Shown one piece after another: positions 35,857 to 44,114 of a stretch of DNA of 64,000 bases. The stretch covers positions 256,001 through 320,000 of the forward strand of contig JBPOGI010000005.1 in NCBI GenBank assembly GCA_051251855.1, written 5' to 3'. This stretch comes from Roseibacillus sp. Its GTDB lineage: Bacteria; Verrucomicrobiota; Verrucomicrobiia; Verrucomicrobiales; Akkermansiaceae. The first letter of the stretch is position 1; each line of letters starts with the position of its first letter. Made by a program: the position numbers and the translations under genes. The notes under the pieces were generated by a model. It saw only the letters and a program-made list of their open reading frames with translations, was not told the origin of the DNA and did not search any database.

Positions 35857-37532
35857 AGCGACTGCATCTCATCCTCGTCGTTCTTATCGCGATCGTTATT
35901 GGTTTCGTCAGCCATGCGGTGCAGCATTCTAGTAGGGGTGCGCAAGAGCAACTCGAGTCGGATCATTCATCATCGAAGTCGCAAAGAAGAGCGTTGTCAG
36001 CTCAACGTTCAAGAGAGATCCAATCGCTCACCAAGGGTGTCCTCGTCGACGGGGGACAAGAGGAGTGGTTCCGATGGCTCGCTTATCTGGAGAATGCGAG
36101 TCTTTCCGATCTGCCGCAGTTTGTATCGTTGGTAGAGAATAATCAGACCGCACTGAATCTCATCGCTGAGCGCTGGGTGACGCTCGACCCCATGGATTGC
36201 TTTCGCTACCTGCTCTCGCAAAGAGGGGAGGTCGGTTTTCGTCTATACGATTCCCCTGCTTTCGTCTTTTCCAAACTCTTTTTTGCGAAGTGGATTCAGC
36301 GTGATTTGGAAGCGGTAGCGGTTGCTCTCGACAGCTCGGAGGCGCTTGCAGGTCTGGATGATTTACGTGTCATTCTTGTTCGGGAGCTTTTCAAAATCGA
36401 TCTTTCGAGAGCGCTTGCTTTGGGGACTCGCTGGGACACCTTTGACAGGGGGCGCTGGGGCGGCGATGCCATGCCGACCCTGTTGCAGGAATGGGCGCAA
36501 AGCGACCCTCGCGCAGCGCTTGAGGCCGTTTTCGAACTTCCGTCCGATAATTTTCTAGCAGCGCTGGCGGATCTCTGGGGAGAAAGCGATCCTAGGGCAG
36601 CCTTGGATTTTTCCTTTGGAAAAGGAGGAGACCGTGGGTATCGCATGGCAGAAAGAGCGTTCGCGAAATGGTCGCAAGATGACTTTTCGGCAGCTTCGCA
36701 ATGGTTTTCCGAGTTGCCAGAGCCAGAGGCTAATTTTCTCACTCCGACTCTCGTTGAGGCATGGAGTAAAAGCGACCCGACTGCCGCTCTGGAATGGAGT
36801 CAGCAATCGCTCACGGGTCGATTGAGAAATGATTCCATTGAGCGTATTGTTATAGCCGCCGCTTTTTCCAAGGGCCCGACTCCAAAAGACCTTCTGGCGA
36901 GCATTGAGTCTCCCGACGCCTATCAACAAGCAGTGGTAGGGTTGTCTCGCAAGTTGAGGGGAATGAACGAAAAGCAACAGGCGGAGGCGATCAGTTGGTT
37001 TGATGATGTCGAGGATGCTCCGACTCTCAATAAACTTCTCTATGGGAGCTTTGCAAATTTCCTAGTGGGGCATGACTTTGAACGGTTTCAGAAACTCGTC
37101 AGTAGTCCTAAGGCTCAAACGGTCTCGGCGGGAACCTTTTCGTATGCCATGGGGTTGTATGTTGGGAATGGTGAACCAGAGGAAGCGATGAATTTGATTT
37201 TGGAATCAAAGAGCTCCTTCATTCCTCAGGCGACTGGAAGGGCGTTTGCGCATTGGTATAGGAAGGACGGCGAAGCAGCAGCCGCTTGGGCAGAAAGTCT
37301 TCACCAGGACGATCCTCGGCGGTCGCATCTTGTTCAGGAAATGGGAAATTTTCAAAACGAGTCCTATGAACAAGTCGTGAGGAAACTCAACGCCATGCCG
37401 CCTATCATGAGGGAGCTCTTTCGCGAAGCGATCGTCGAGAAGCAGAATGACGAAAAGACATACATGAACTACGTTGAAGATGAAGAAGTCGATTGGGGGA
37501 AGCTCTTGGAAGTCCTTAACTCCAAAGAGTGA
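35853..37532 (+). CDS. Hypothetical membrane-anchored helical-repeat protein
   Basis: ATGA overlap with the sigma gene; N-terminal TM; repeated W...DP.AAL.W motifs. Confidence 0.8.
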   Translation: MKRLHLILVVLIAIVIGFVSHAVQHSSRGAQEQLESDHSSSKSQRRALSAQRSREIQSLTKGVLVDGGQEEWFRWLAYLENASLSDLPQFVSLVENNQTALNLIAERWVTLDPMDCFRYLLSQRGEVGFRLYDSPAFVFSKLFFAKWIQRDLEAVAVALDSSEALAGLDDLRVILVRELFKIDLSRALALGTRWDTFDRGRWGGDAMPTLLQEWAQSDPRAALEAVFELPSDNFLAALADLWGESDPRAALDFSFGKGGDRGYRMAERAFAKWSQDDFSAASQWFSELPEPEANFLTPTLVEAWSKSDPTAALEWSQQSLTGRLRNDSIERIVIAAAFSKGPTPKDLLASIESPDAYQQAVVGLSRKLRGMNEKQQAEAISWFDDVEDAPTLNKLLYGSFANFLVGHDFERFQKLVSSPKAQTVSAGTFSYAMGLYVGNGEPEEAMNLILESKSSFIPQATGRAFAHWYRKDGEAAAAWAESLHQDDPRRSHLVQEMGNFQNESYEQVVRKLNAMPPIMRELFREAIVEKQNDEKTYMNYVEDEEVDWGKLLEVLNSKE

Positions 37533-37540
37533 GAGTTGAA

Positions 37541-38461
37541 TTATGAAAACTCGGGAGCTTCCAATTCGCGGCTGCGGTGGCCGAACTTGGCGATGAGGCC
37601 GGTTTTGGGGGCGAAGACCCAGACGAGGAGGAAGAGGAGGCCGGTGGCGGTGGCCATCATGCCGGAGGTGTTGGTGTCTTCGAAGCCCAGCAAAGGAGGC
37701 ACGGTGATGGCTCCGATGTGACCGAGGAGTGATGCTAGGGCTCCGAAGAAGCAGGAGAGGAAGAGGACGAGCTTGAGGCGATGGGTGAGGAGAAGGGCGG
37801 TGGCGGCGGGGACGATGAGCATGGCAATGACGATGACGCTGCCGACGGCTTCGAAGGCGGCGACAGTGGTGACGGCGACCATGACCATGAGGAGGTAGTG
37901 CAAGAATTGAGAAGAGAAGCCGAGAGTGTCGGCGAGCCCGGAGTCGAAGGCGCTGAGGCGGAATTCTTTGAAGAGCACGACGATGATGGTGAGGTTGAGA
38001 AGGAAGGTGATGCCTGCCACGACGGCGGCGCGGGGGATGAGGTAGCCGAAGAGGTTGACGGTATCGAGGGGGGTGAGTTCGATGGCTCCGTAGAGCACGC
38101 AGCCAGCATCGAGGTCGACTTTGTCGGCGGCGGAACGAATGAGAACAAGCCCGAGGGCGAACAAGGTGGTGAAGACAATGCCCATGGCCGCTCCGCGGTC
38201 GACGTTGCCGAAGCGGCTGATCCATTGCGTGAAGACGGCGGTGAGAATGCCTACGATGGCGGCTCCGAAAAACATAGTGAGGCTGGCGCGGGAGCCGGTG
38301 ATGAGAAAGGCGATGGCCAATCCGGGGAGGACGGCGTGGCTGATGGCGTCGCCCATCATGGACATTTTGCGCAGCACAAGGAAGCAACCGGGCAAGGCGC
38401 ATCCCATGGCGCAGAGGGCACCCGTGATGACGATCCAAGTATCGAGGTCGGTCCAGTTCAT
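37541..38461 (-). CDS. Metal (Mn/Zn/Fe) ABC transporter permease, TroD/YtgD-like
   Basis: G.FLVLRKMSMMGDAISHAVLPG; AFEAVG...VIAMLIVP; start ATG 38461. Confidence 0.92.
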   Translation of the reverse strand: MNWTDLDTWIVITGALCAMGCALPGCFLVLRKMSMMGDAISHAVLPGLAIAFLITGSRASLTMFFGAAIVGILTAVFTQWISRFGNVDRGAAMGIVFTTLFALGLVLIRSAADKVDLDAGCVLYGAIELTPLDTVNLFGYLIPRAAVVAGITFLLNLTIIVVLFKEFRLSAFDSGLADTLGFSSQFLHYLLMVMVAVTTVAAFEAVGSVIVIAMLIVPAATALLLTHRLKLVLFLSCFFGALASLLGHIGAITVPPLLGFEDTNTSGMMATATGLLFLLVWVFAPKTGLIAKFGHRSRELEAPEFS

Positions 38462-38465
38462 GATG

Positions 38466-39827
38466 TTAGCTTGCGGGAATGGAGTGAGGGCTCGGGGGCA
38501 TGGCGACCCAGGCTTCTTTCTCGCGCAGGACGCGTTCGAGTTCGCGAACCAGTTCGGGATCAAGAACGTGTTCGACCATGTCGGCATCGCGGTCGACGTG
38601 GCTGGGGGCGATGTCGGCGTGGGTGACGAGGTAGGCTTCCCAGAGACGGTGATTGCGGGTCACGCGGGCGGCTTCGCCAAAGCCGGCTTCGCTGAGGAGG
38701 ATGGTGCCGTCGGGACGGCGTTCGAGGTGCTCGAGTCGGTGCTCGGCGCGGAGGATGGTTTTGACCTCGCGGGGGGACCAGGTGCGTTTGGCGAGGAGAG
38801 AGTCGAAGGTGAAGGGGCGGTTGTCGACGAGGTGGGAACCTTCGCTGAGGTGATGCTCGTGGTCGCACTGTTGTTCGAGGATTTCGTAGGCGGCGCGGAG
38901 GACGTGTTGGCGGGCAACTTTTTGGCGAAGCCTTTTTTGCCGCAAGGCTCGGGGGAGGACGCCGCGCGCGGGGGCGAAGAACATGCTGGCGAGAAAGAGG
39001 GTGGCGGCGACGAGGACGATGAGGGCTCCGGCAGGAAGGTTGGCGTAGAGTGCGCTCACGGTGGCACCGAGCCAGCCGCTGAGAGCTCCGAAGACGCCCG
39101 ATAGAATGGCCATGTGCTTGAGGTCGTTGGTCCAGAAGCGCGCGGTGGTGGGAGGGGTGATGAGGAAGGCGATGATGAGAATGAGTCCCACCGATTGCAG
39201 TCCAATCACGGTGACGGCGGTGACGAGGCCGAGGAGGGCGATGTCTAACAGAATCGCGGGCCAACCTTGGGAAGCGGCGAAACCGTCGTCGAAGCAGAGG
39301 AGGGTGAACTCTTTGAAGAGGAGAATGGTTGTGATTGAAATCGCGGCGGAGACGATGGTGATGAGGATAAAGTCGCTCATCACAATGGAGGCAGGCTGAC
39401 CGTAGATGAAGGACTCGAGACCGGCGGCGCTAGCCCCAGGGATTTCGGAAACCATGGAGAGAAGGGCGATTCCGAGACCGAAGAAAACTGAGAGGACGAG
39501 ACCCATGGCGACGTCATCGCGAAGTCGGGTGGTGCGACGAATGGCGAGCATGAGAAGAACCCCGAGCACGCCGGAGACGGTGGCTCCGAAGAGAAGGCCG
39601 GGGAGGGACTTGCCATCGAGGCCCCAACTGACCATGAGTCCGAAGGCGATGGCGATGCCAGGGAGGGTGGCGTGGGAGAGAGCGTCGCCCATGAGGGAGC
39701 GCTTTCGAAGGAGAAGAAAGGAGCCAACCAGACCAGTCGCAATACCCAAGATGGTCGTCGAGAGGACGACGATGCGGGTATTGTAGTTTTGGAGGGAGAG
39801 GATTTCCCAGAGGTCGGCGAGGTTCAT
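38466..39827 (-). CDS. Metal ABC transporter permease fused to a DtxR-like repressor domain (YtgCR-like)
   Basis: LRKRSLMGDALSHATLPG permease, then ARVTRNHRLWEAYL...DADMVEHVL metal-binding/dimerisation motif. Confidence 0.92.
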   Translation of the reverse strand: MNLADLWEILSLQNYNTRIVVLSTTILGIATGLVGSFLLLRKRSLMGDALSHATLPGIAIAFGLMVSWGLDGKSLPGLLFGATVSGVLGVLLMLAIRRTTRLRDDVAMGLVLSVFFGLGIALLSMVSEIPGASAAGLESFIYGQPASIVMSDFILITIVSAAISITTILLFKEFTLLCFDDGFAASQGWPAILLDIALLGLVTAVTVIGLQSVGLILIIAFLITPPTTARFWTNDLKHMAILSGVFGALSGWLGATVSALYANLPAGALIVLVAATLFLASMFFAPARGVLPRALRQKRLRQKVARQHVLRAAYEILEQQCDHEHHLSEGSHLVDNRPFTFDSLLAKRTWSPREVKTILRAEHRLEHLERRPDGTILLSEAGFGEAARVTRNHRLWEAYLVTHADIAPSHVDRDADMVEHVLDPELVRELERVLREKEAWVAMPPSPHSIPAS

Positions 39828-39874
39828 CGGTTTATGAGGGGCAGTAGGACAAGGACAGGAATGTCCTTGCTCCG

Positions 39875-40702
39875 TTATTTTCCGATCGATTGCAGGGCTT
39901 GGACGGCTTGGTTGAGAAGGTTGAGTTGTCCGCCGTAGGTTTTTTCGAGGTTCTCGGGAGTGAAGGTTTCAGCAGTGGGTCCGGAGGCGACGACGCGCAT
40001 GTTGAGGAGGATGACCCAGTCGAAGTACTTAGCAACGGTTGCGAGGTCGTGGTGAACGACGAGGCAGGTTTTTCCTTGGCTGTTGAGTTTCTGCAGGAGT
40101 TTGACGATCGCTTGCTCGGTGGCGGCATCGACGGCGGCGAAGGGTTCGTCCATGAAATAGAGCTGGGCGTCTTGGGCGAGGGCTCGGGCAAGAAAGACTC
40201 GCTGTTGTTGGCCTCCAGAAAGTTGGGAGATTTGGCGGTCGGCGAGGTCGCCGATGCCGACTTGTTCGAGGGCGTAGCGAGCGAGGTCCCGTTCCCGCTT
40301 ACTCACGCGCTTGAGCCAACCGAGTTTGCGGTAGGTGCCCATCGCTACGACGTCGAGGGCGCTCACGGGAAAATCCCAGTCGACGCTTTCGCGTTGGGGG
40401 ACATAGCCGACGAGATGGCGCTGGTCTTTGTAGGGCTCGCCATAGATGGCGACTTCGCCTGAGGTGCGGGGAATGAGTTCGAGGCAGGCCTTCAGAAGGG
40501 TGGACTTGCCAGCGCCATTGGGTCCCACGATACCGACGAGTTTACCGTCGGGGATATCGAGGTCGACATCCCAGAGAACTGGCTTGCGATGATAGGCGAC
40601 GGTGAGGTCGTGAACGGAGAGGGGATGTCCTGATGGGTGGTCAGAGAGGCCTTCACCAACTGCGTCGCCAGCGGGCGACATCTTCTTGAAGAGTTTGCTC
40701 AT
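39875..40702 (-). CDS. Metal ABC transporter ATP-binding protein (TroB/MntB-like)
   Basis: [40 protein letters not shown]. Confidence 0.95.
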   Translation of the reverse strand: MSKLFKKMSPAGDAVGEGLSDHPSGHPLSVHDLTVAYHRKPVLWDVDLDIPDGKLVGIVGPNGAGKSTLLKACLELIPRTSGEVAIYGEPYKDQRHLVGYVPQRESVDWDFPVSALDVVAMGTYRKLGWLKRVSKRERDLARYALEQVGIGDLADRQISQLSGGQQQRVFLARALAQDAQLYFMDEPFAAVDAATEQAIVKLLQKLNSQGKTCLVVHHDLATVAKYFDWVILLNMRVVASGPTAETFTPENLEKTYGGQLNLLNQAVQALQSIGK

Positions 40703-40704
40703 CG

Positions 40705-41682
40705 TTACTGGGAGAGTTTGCCGAGTCGGCCCTTCTCGGGAGCGGTGCCTCCCAGAGCGCGGGTGATGGTGGTGACGTTGTGGTCAATCATGCCGAGGTA
40801 GGTGCCTTGGTAGGTTCCGGTGGGGCCCATGGCGTCGGAAAAGAGTTCGCCACCGATGGTGACTTGATGGCCGCGTGCCTTGGCTCCTTCGATGAGGGCG
40901 CGCACGTTTTGATCGGAGACCGAGCTTTCCACGAAGACAGCGGGAATCTTTCGCTCCACAAGGTGGTCTACAAGGTTCTCGATGTCTTTGACGCCGGCTT
41001 CTGATTCGGTGGAGATGCCTTGAATCCCCTTCACTTCGATTCCGTATCTACGCCCGAGGTAGCCAAAAGCATCGTGAGCGGTTACGAGAACGCGCTGTTT
41101 CTTGGGAATGGTTGCGAAGGACTTGCGGGCGTATTCATCAAGAGCTTCGAGTTCATGAAGGTAGTCTTTGGAACTCATATAGTACCTCTCGGCATGATCG
41201 GGATCGAATTTGCTCAGAGCTTGGATGACGGTCTCGGTCACTTGGAACCAAGCGGTGACATCCATCCAGATGTGGGGATCGGGATGAGCGGTTCCACCCA
41301 GAAGGAAATCGTCCTCCTTCGCAAGGTCACGGGTGACGGCGATGACCGGCTTACCATTTTTTTCCATCTTCAAGAGGACGTCTTCCATCTTTCCTTCGAG
41401 CTTTAGTCCGTTAAAGAAGATCATGTCGGCGCCACTGAGAGAAACGAGATCCTTGCGAGTGGGCTTGTAGAGATGGGGGTCGATTCCCTCGCCGATGAGT
41501 CCAGTGACTTCAACGTTGTCGGTGCCGACTTGACGAATGACGTCTGCAATCATTCCGGTGGTGGCAGTGATTGGCATGGGATGCTGTGAGGGTCCCGTAG
41601 CGGCATCTTGCTCTGCTTTTCGACAGGAAGGAAGAAAGAAGGAGCCGAGCAAAACCAAGGCGATGATGTTTTTTGAGAACAT
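40705..41682 (-). CDS. Metal ABC transporter substrate-binding lipoprotein (TroA/MntA-like)
   Basis: Lipobox LPSC; DPHLY, DPHIWMD, TAHDAF and ELFSDAMG metal ligands. Confidence 0.95.
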   Translation of the reverse strand: MFSKNIIALVLLGSFFLPSCRKAEQDAATGPSQHPMPITATTGMIADVIRQVGTDNVEVTGLIGEGIDPHLYKPTRKDLVSLSGADMIFFNGLKLEGKMEDVLLKMEKNGKPVIAVTRDLAKEDDFLLGGTAHPDPHIWMDVTAWFQVTETVIQALSKFDPDHAERYYMSSKDYLHELEALDEYARKSFATIPKKQRVLVTAHDAFGYLGRRYGIEVKGIQGISTESEAGVKDIENLVDHLVERKIPAVFVESSVSDQNVRALIEGAKARGHQVTIGGELFSDAMGPTGTYQGTYLGMIDHNVTTITRALGGTAPEKGRLGKLSQ

Positions 41683-41690
41683 AGGGAATT

Positions 41691-41706
41691 ATTAGTCTTG
41701 GCTAAT
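41691..41706. promoter_or_regulatory. Palindromic operator in the metal ABC operon promoter
   Basis: ATTAGtCttGgCTAAT dyad covering the spacer and -10 of a minus-strand promoter TTGCTA-N17-TAATAAT. Confidence 0.6.
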
Positions 41707-41842
41707 TTTAATAGCAAGAGAAAACTCTCCTGCGGGGCGAGTAAGGAGAGTTGTTCTTGTTATGTGCACTCGCTAGCTTGTGGATTAGGTTCTTAGTTGG
41801 TGAGAAAAATACAAAACAAGTGTTTATCACCTAAGAGCGATT

Positions 41843-41871
41843 TTGACTTGTGCGAAGGCCCGATTTAGGTT
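41843..41871 (+). promoter_or_regulatory. Sigma70-type promoter of the AP2-like gene
   Basis: TTGACT-N17-TAGGTT. Confidence 0.6.
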
Positions 41872-41890
41872 ATTGGCTCGGTTCAAGCCA

Positions 41891-42379
41891 ATGTATTTGA
41901 CACGAAACGAAGCCGAAAACTGCTACATGGTCCGCATCATGAGGCAGGGGAAAATGTATCAAAAGAATTTCTCCAAGAAAAAGTGCGGAGGATGGGGAAA
42001 AGCGAAAAAAGCGGCCGCGGAGTGGCGCGATGAGCAGCTTAAGATTCTTCCTCCTCGGATGATGAACGCCGAAGGGCGGATGTCTTCTCGTAACCAATCT
42101 GGAGTTGTAGGAGTGACCCTTTCTTGCGCGACATTTGATCGTGAGGGAGCTAATAGCGAATATTGGAGTTGGAAGGCGAAATGGCCTGGATGCGGATTTG
42201 CTGGTGGTATCGGTTGGTCTGTTAAGAAGTATGGCGAAGATGATGCCTTTGCTCTCGCGGTGCTTTCACGCGAGTTGCGCACTATCGACCGTGACGTAAT
42301 CTTGAAGCGCCTCAAGAGATTGAAAGGGTCCAAGAAGCTTCAAAAAATCTACGATACCCGTCTGATCGAGCTTGAGTAG
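41891..42379 (+). CDS. AP2-like DNA-binding domain protein
   Basis: Basic protein; Y.VRI...KNFS.KK.GG...A...A..WRD and N.SGVVGV...W.A.W...SVKKYGE..AF.LA modules. Confidence 0.7.
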   Translation: MYLTRNEAENCYMVRIMRQGKMYQKNFSKKKCGGWGKAKKAAAEWRDEQLKILPPRMMNAEGRMSSRNQSGVVGVTLSCATFDREGANSEYWSWKAKWPGCGFAGGIGWSVKKYGEDDAFALAVLSRELRTIDRDVILKRLKRLKGSKKLQKIYDTRLIELE

Positions 42380-42406
42380 AGGCTCCGGTTCCATTTTTTA
42401 TAATCT

Positions 42407-42440
42407 GAAAAGCCACGGGTCAGTACTCGTGGCTTTTTTC
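42407..42440 (+). terminator. Rho-independent terminator
   Basis: AAAAGCCACGGG tcagta CTCGTGGC followed by a T-run. Confidence 0.8.
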
Positions 42441-42487
42441 GTGAAAGGGAGAGTCGTCTTTTGTTTGTGCTAACTTAGGATGACGGG

Positions 42488-43333
42488 GTGTCCTATTGGT
42501 TAATTTTTCTTTTGTTTTTTGCGTTTCCTCTTGGGGGAAGTGAACTGCGGGTCGCTACCTTCAATGTTCGCTATGATGCTAAGGGCGATCGTGACGAACG
42601 AGATTGGCGAGCTCGTCGCGAGTTGGTGAGCGAAGCCATTTCACTGATGTATCCTGATGTCTTAGGGTTGCAGGAGGTGCTTCATGGGCAGTTGGAGGAT
42701 CTTCGGAAGGCGCATCCTGAATTTGTGATATTGGGGGTTGCTCGAGATGATGGTCGAGAGAAGGGGGAGTATTCGCCTCTTCTCTTTCGAAAGGACCGCT
42801 TTGGTCTGGATAATGCGGAAAGTGGCACCTTTTGGTTGTCAGGTAAGCCCGAGGAGCCGGGTTCAGTGACTTGGGGGAATGCCTGTACGCGGGTTTGTTC
42901 ATGGGCCCGTCTCGTAGAAAAGAAGACGGGGAGAGGGATTTATGTTTTCAATACCCATTGGGATCATAAGGGGGCGCTTTCACGAGAGAGGTCTGCGCAG
43001 TTGATTCTTGGGCGCATCGCAAAACGGATTCATCCGAAAGAGGCGGTTATTCTAATGGGGGACTTTAATGCCAGCGAATTGAGTCCGGAGATTCAGCTAG
43101 TGGTGACTGATAAGAAGGTGGATTTGCGCAATAGCTTTCTCGTTGTGAATCCTAACGAGCCGGTCAAAGGGACTTTTAATGGATGGGATCTTGAGCGAGT
43201 GAAGGGGGCCATGATCGACCATGTTTTCGTGAATTTGAACCTCAAGGTGAAGTCTGCAGCGATTATACGGCATCATCGAGAGGGAGTGGTGCCATCGGAT
43301 CATTTTCCGGTTTTGACAGTTTGTGAATGGTAA
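42488..43333 (+). CDS. Endonuclease/exonuclease/phosphatase family protein (secreted)
   Basis: TFNVR, GLQE, GTFWLS, FNTHWD, MGDFN, IDHVF and SDHFPV motifs. Confidence 0.93.
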   Translation: MSYWLIFLLFFAFPLGGSELRVATFNVRYDAKGDRDERDWRARRELVSEAISLMYPDVLGLQEVLHGQLEDLRKAHPEFVILGVARDDGREKGEYSPLLFRKDRFGLDNAESGTFWLSGKPEEPGSVTWGNACTRVCSWARLVEKKTGRGIYVFNTHWDHKGALSRERSAQLILGRIAKRIHPKEAVILMGDFNASELSPEIQLVVTDKKVDLRNSFLVVNPNEPVKGTFNGWDLERVKGAMIDHVFVNLNLKVKSAAIIRHHREGVVPSDHFPVLTVCEW

Positions 43334-43361
43334 TGGAATTCGGCAACGCTATTTTAAGGAG

Positions 43362-44099
43362 ATGAAAACGTTCGTGAGTCTGCTGTTGATTGTGGGGGCT
43401 TTGGTCGCAATGGGCGAAGAGGAGAAGTTTGTTCATCTTGGGAAAAGCTTTCGAGTGTTTCGAGCCCAGCCTGAGGAGATACGTTTGGTTTGGGCGCGTG
43501 AGGATGGTAAGCCGCTGTTTACGTTTCGAGCCGCTTTTGAAAGCCTCGTAAAGGAAGGGAATGAAGTGGCAATGTTAACGAATGGAGGGATTTTCGAGCC
43601 GAGGCAGATTCCATCGGGATACTATGTGGAGAGAGGGCAGGTTCAGCGTCCCCTCAATCTGAAACCCGGGAAGGGAAATTTCTTTCTCAAACCGAACGGG
43701 GTCTTTTTTATTAAGAAGGAAGGAGCGGTGTTTTCCGCGGGAGTGGTCGAGACTAGCGTTCTTGCGAAGTGGTCGCAGGAGGAGAAGAGTAAGGTTTGGT
43801 ATGGAGTGCAGTCGGGACCTGCTTTGTTGTTAGATGGTAGAACTCATCAGGCATTCAATCGTCCTTCAAAGAGTGAATTGTTGCGCAATGGGGTGGGAGT
43901 GACCGGAAATGGTGAGGTTGTGTTCGTGATTACGGAAAGAGGATCGGATGTCAATCTGTGGACTTTTGCTGACTGCTTTCGGGCTTTGGGTTGTGAGAAT
44001 GCGCTCTTTCTTGATGGTGACATTTCACAGATGAAAGTGAATCCCGTAGCAGGGGTGAAGGGGCACGGTTTCGCGACCATGTTTGGGGTGGTGCGATAG
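43362..44099 (+). CDS. Phosphodiester glycosidase (YigE/DUF2233, NAGPA-like)
   Basis: NGGIF, GNFFLKPNGVF, QSGP.L, RNGVG and NALFLDG.IS motifs; start ATG 43362. Confidence 0.88.
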   Translation: MKTFVSLLLIVGALVAMGEEEKFVHLGKSFRVFRAQPEEIRLVWAREDGKPLFTFRAAFESLVKEGNEVAMLTNGGIFEPRQIPSGYYVERGQVQRPLNLKPGKGNFFLKPNGVFFIKKEGAVFSAGVVETSVLAKWSQEEKSKVWYGVQSGPALLLDGRTHQAFNRPSKSELLRNGVGVTGNGEVVFVITERGSDVNLWTFADCFRALGCENALFLDGDISQMKVNPVAGVKGHGFATMFGVVR

Positions 44100-44114
44100 C
44101 TGGGTTCGAGTTCT

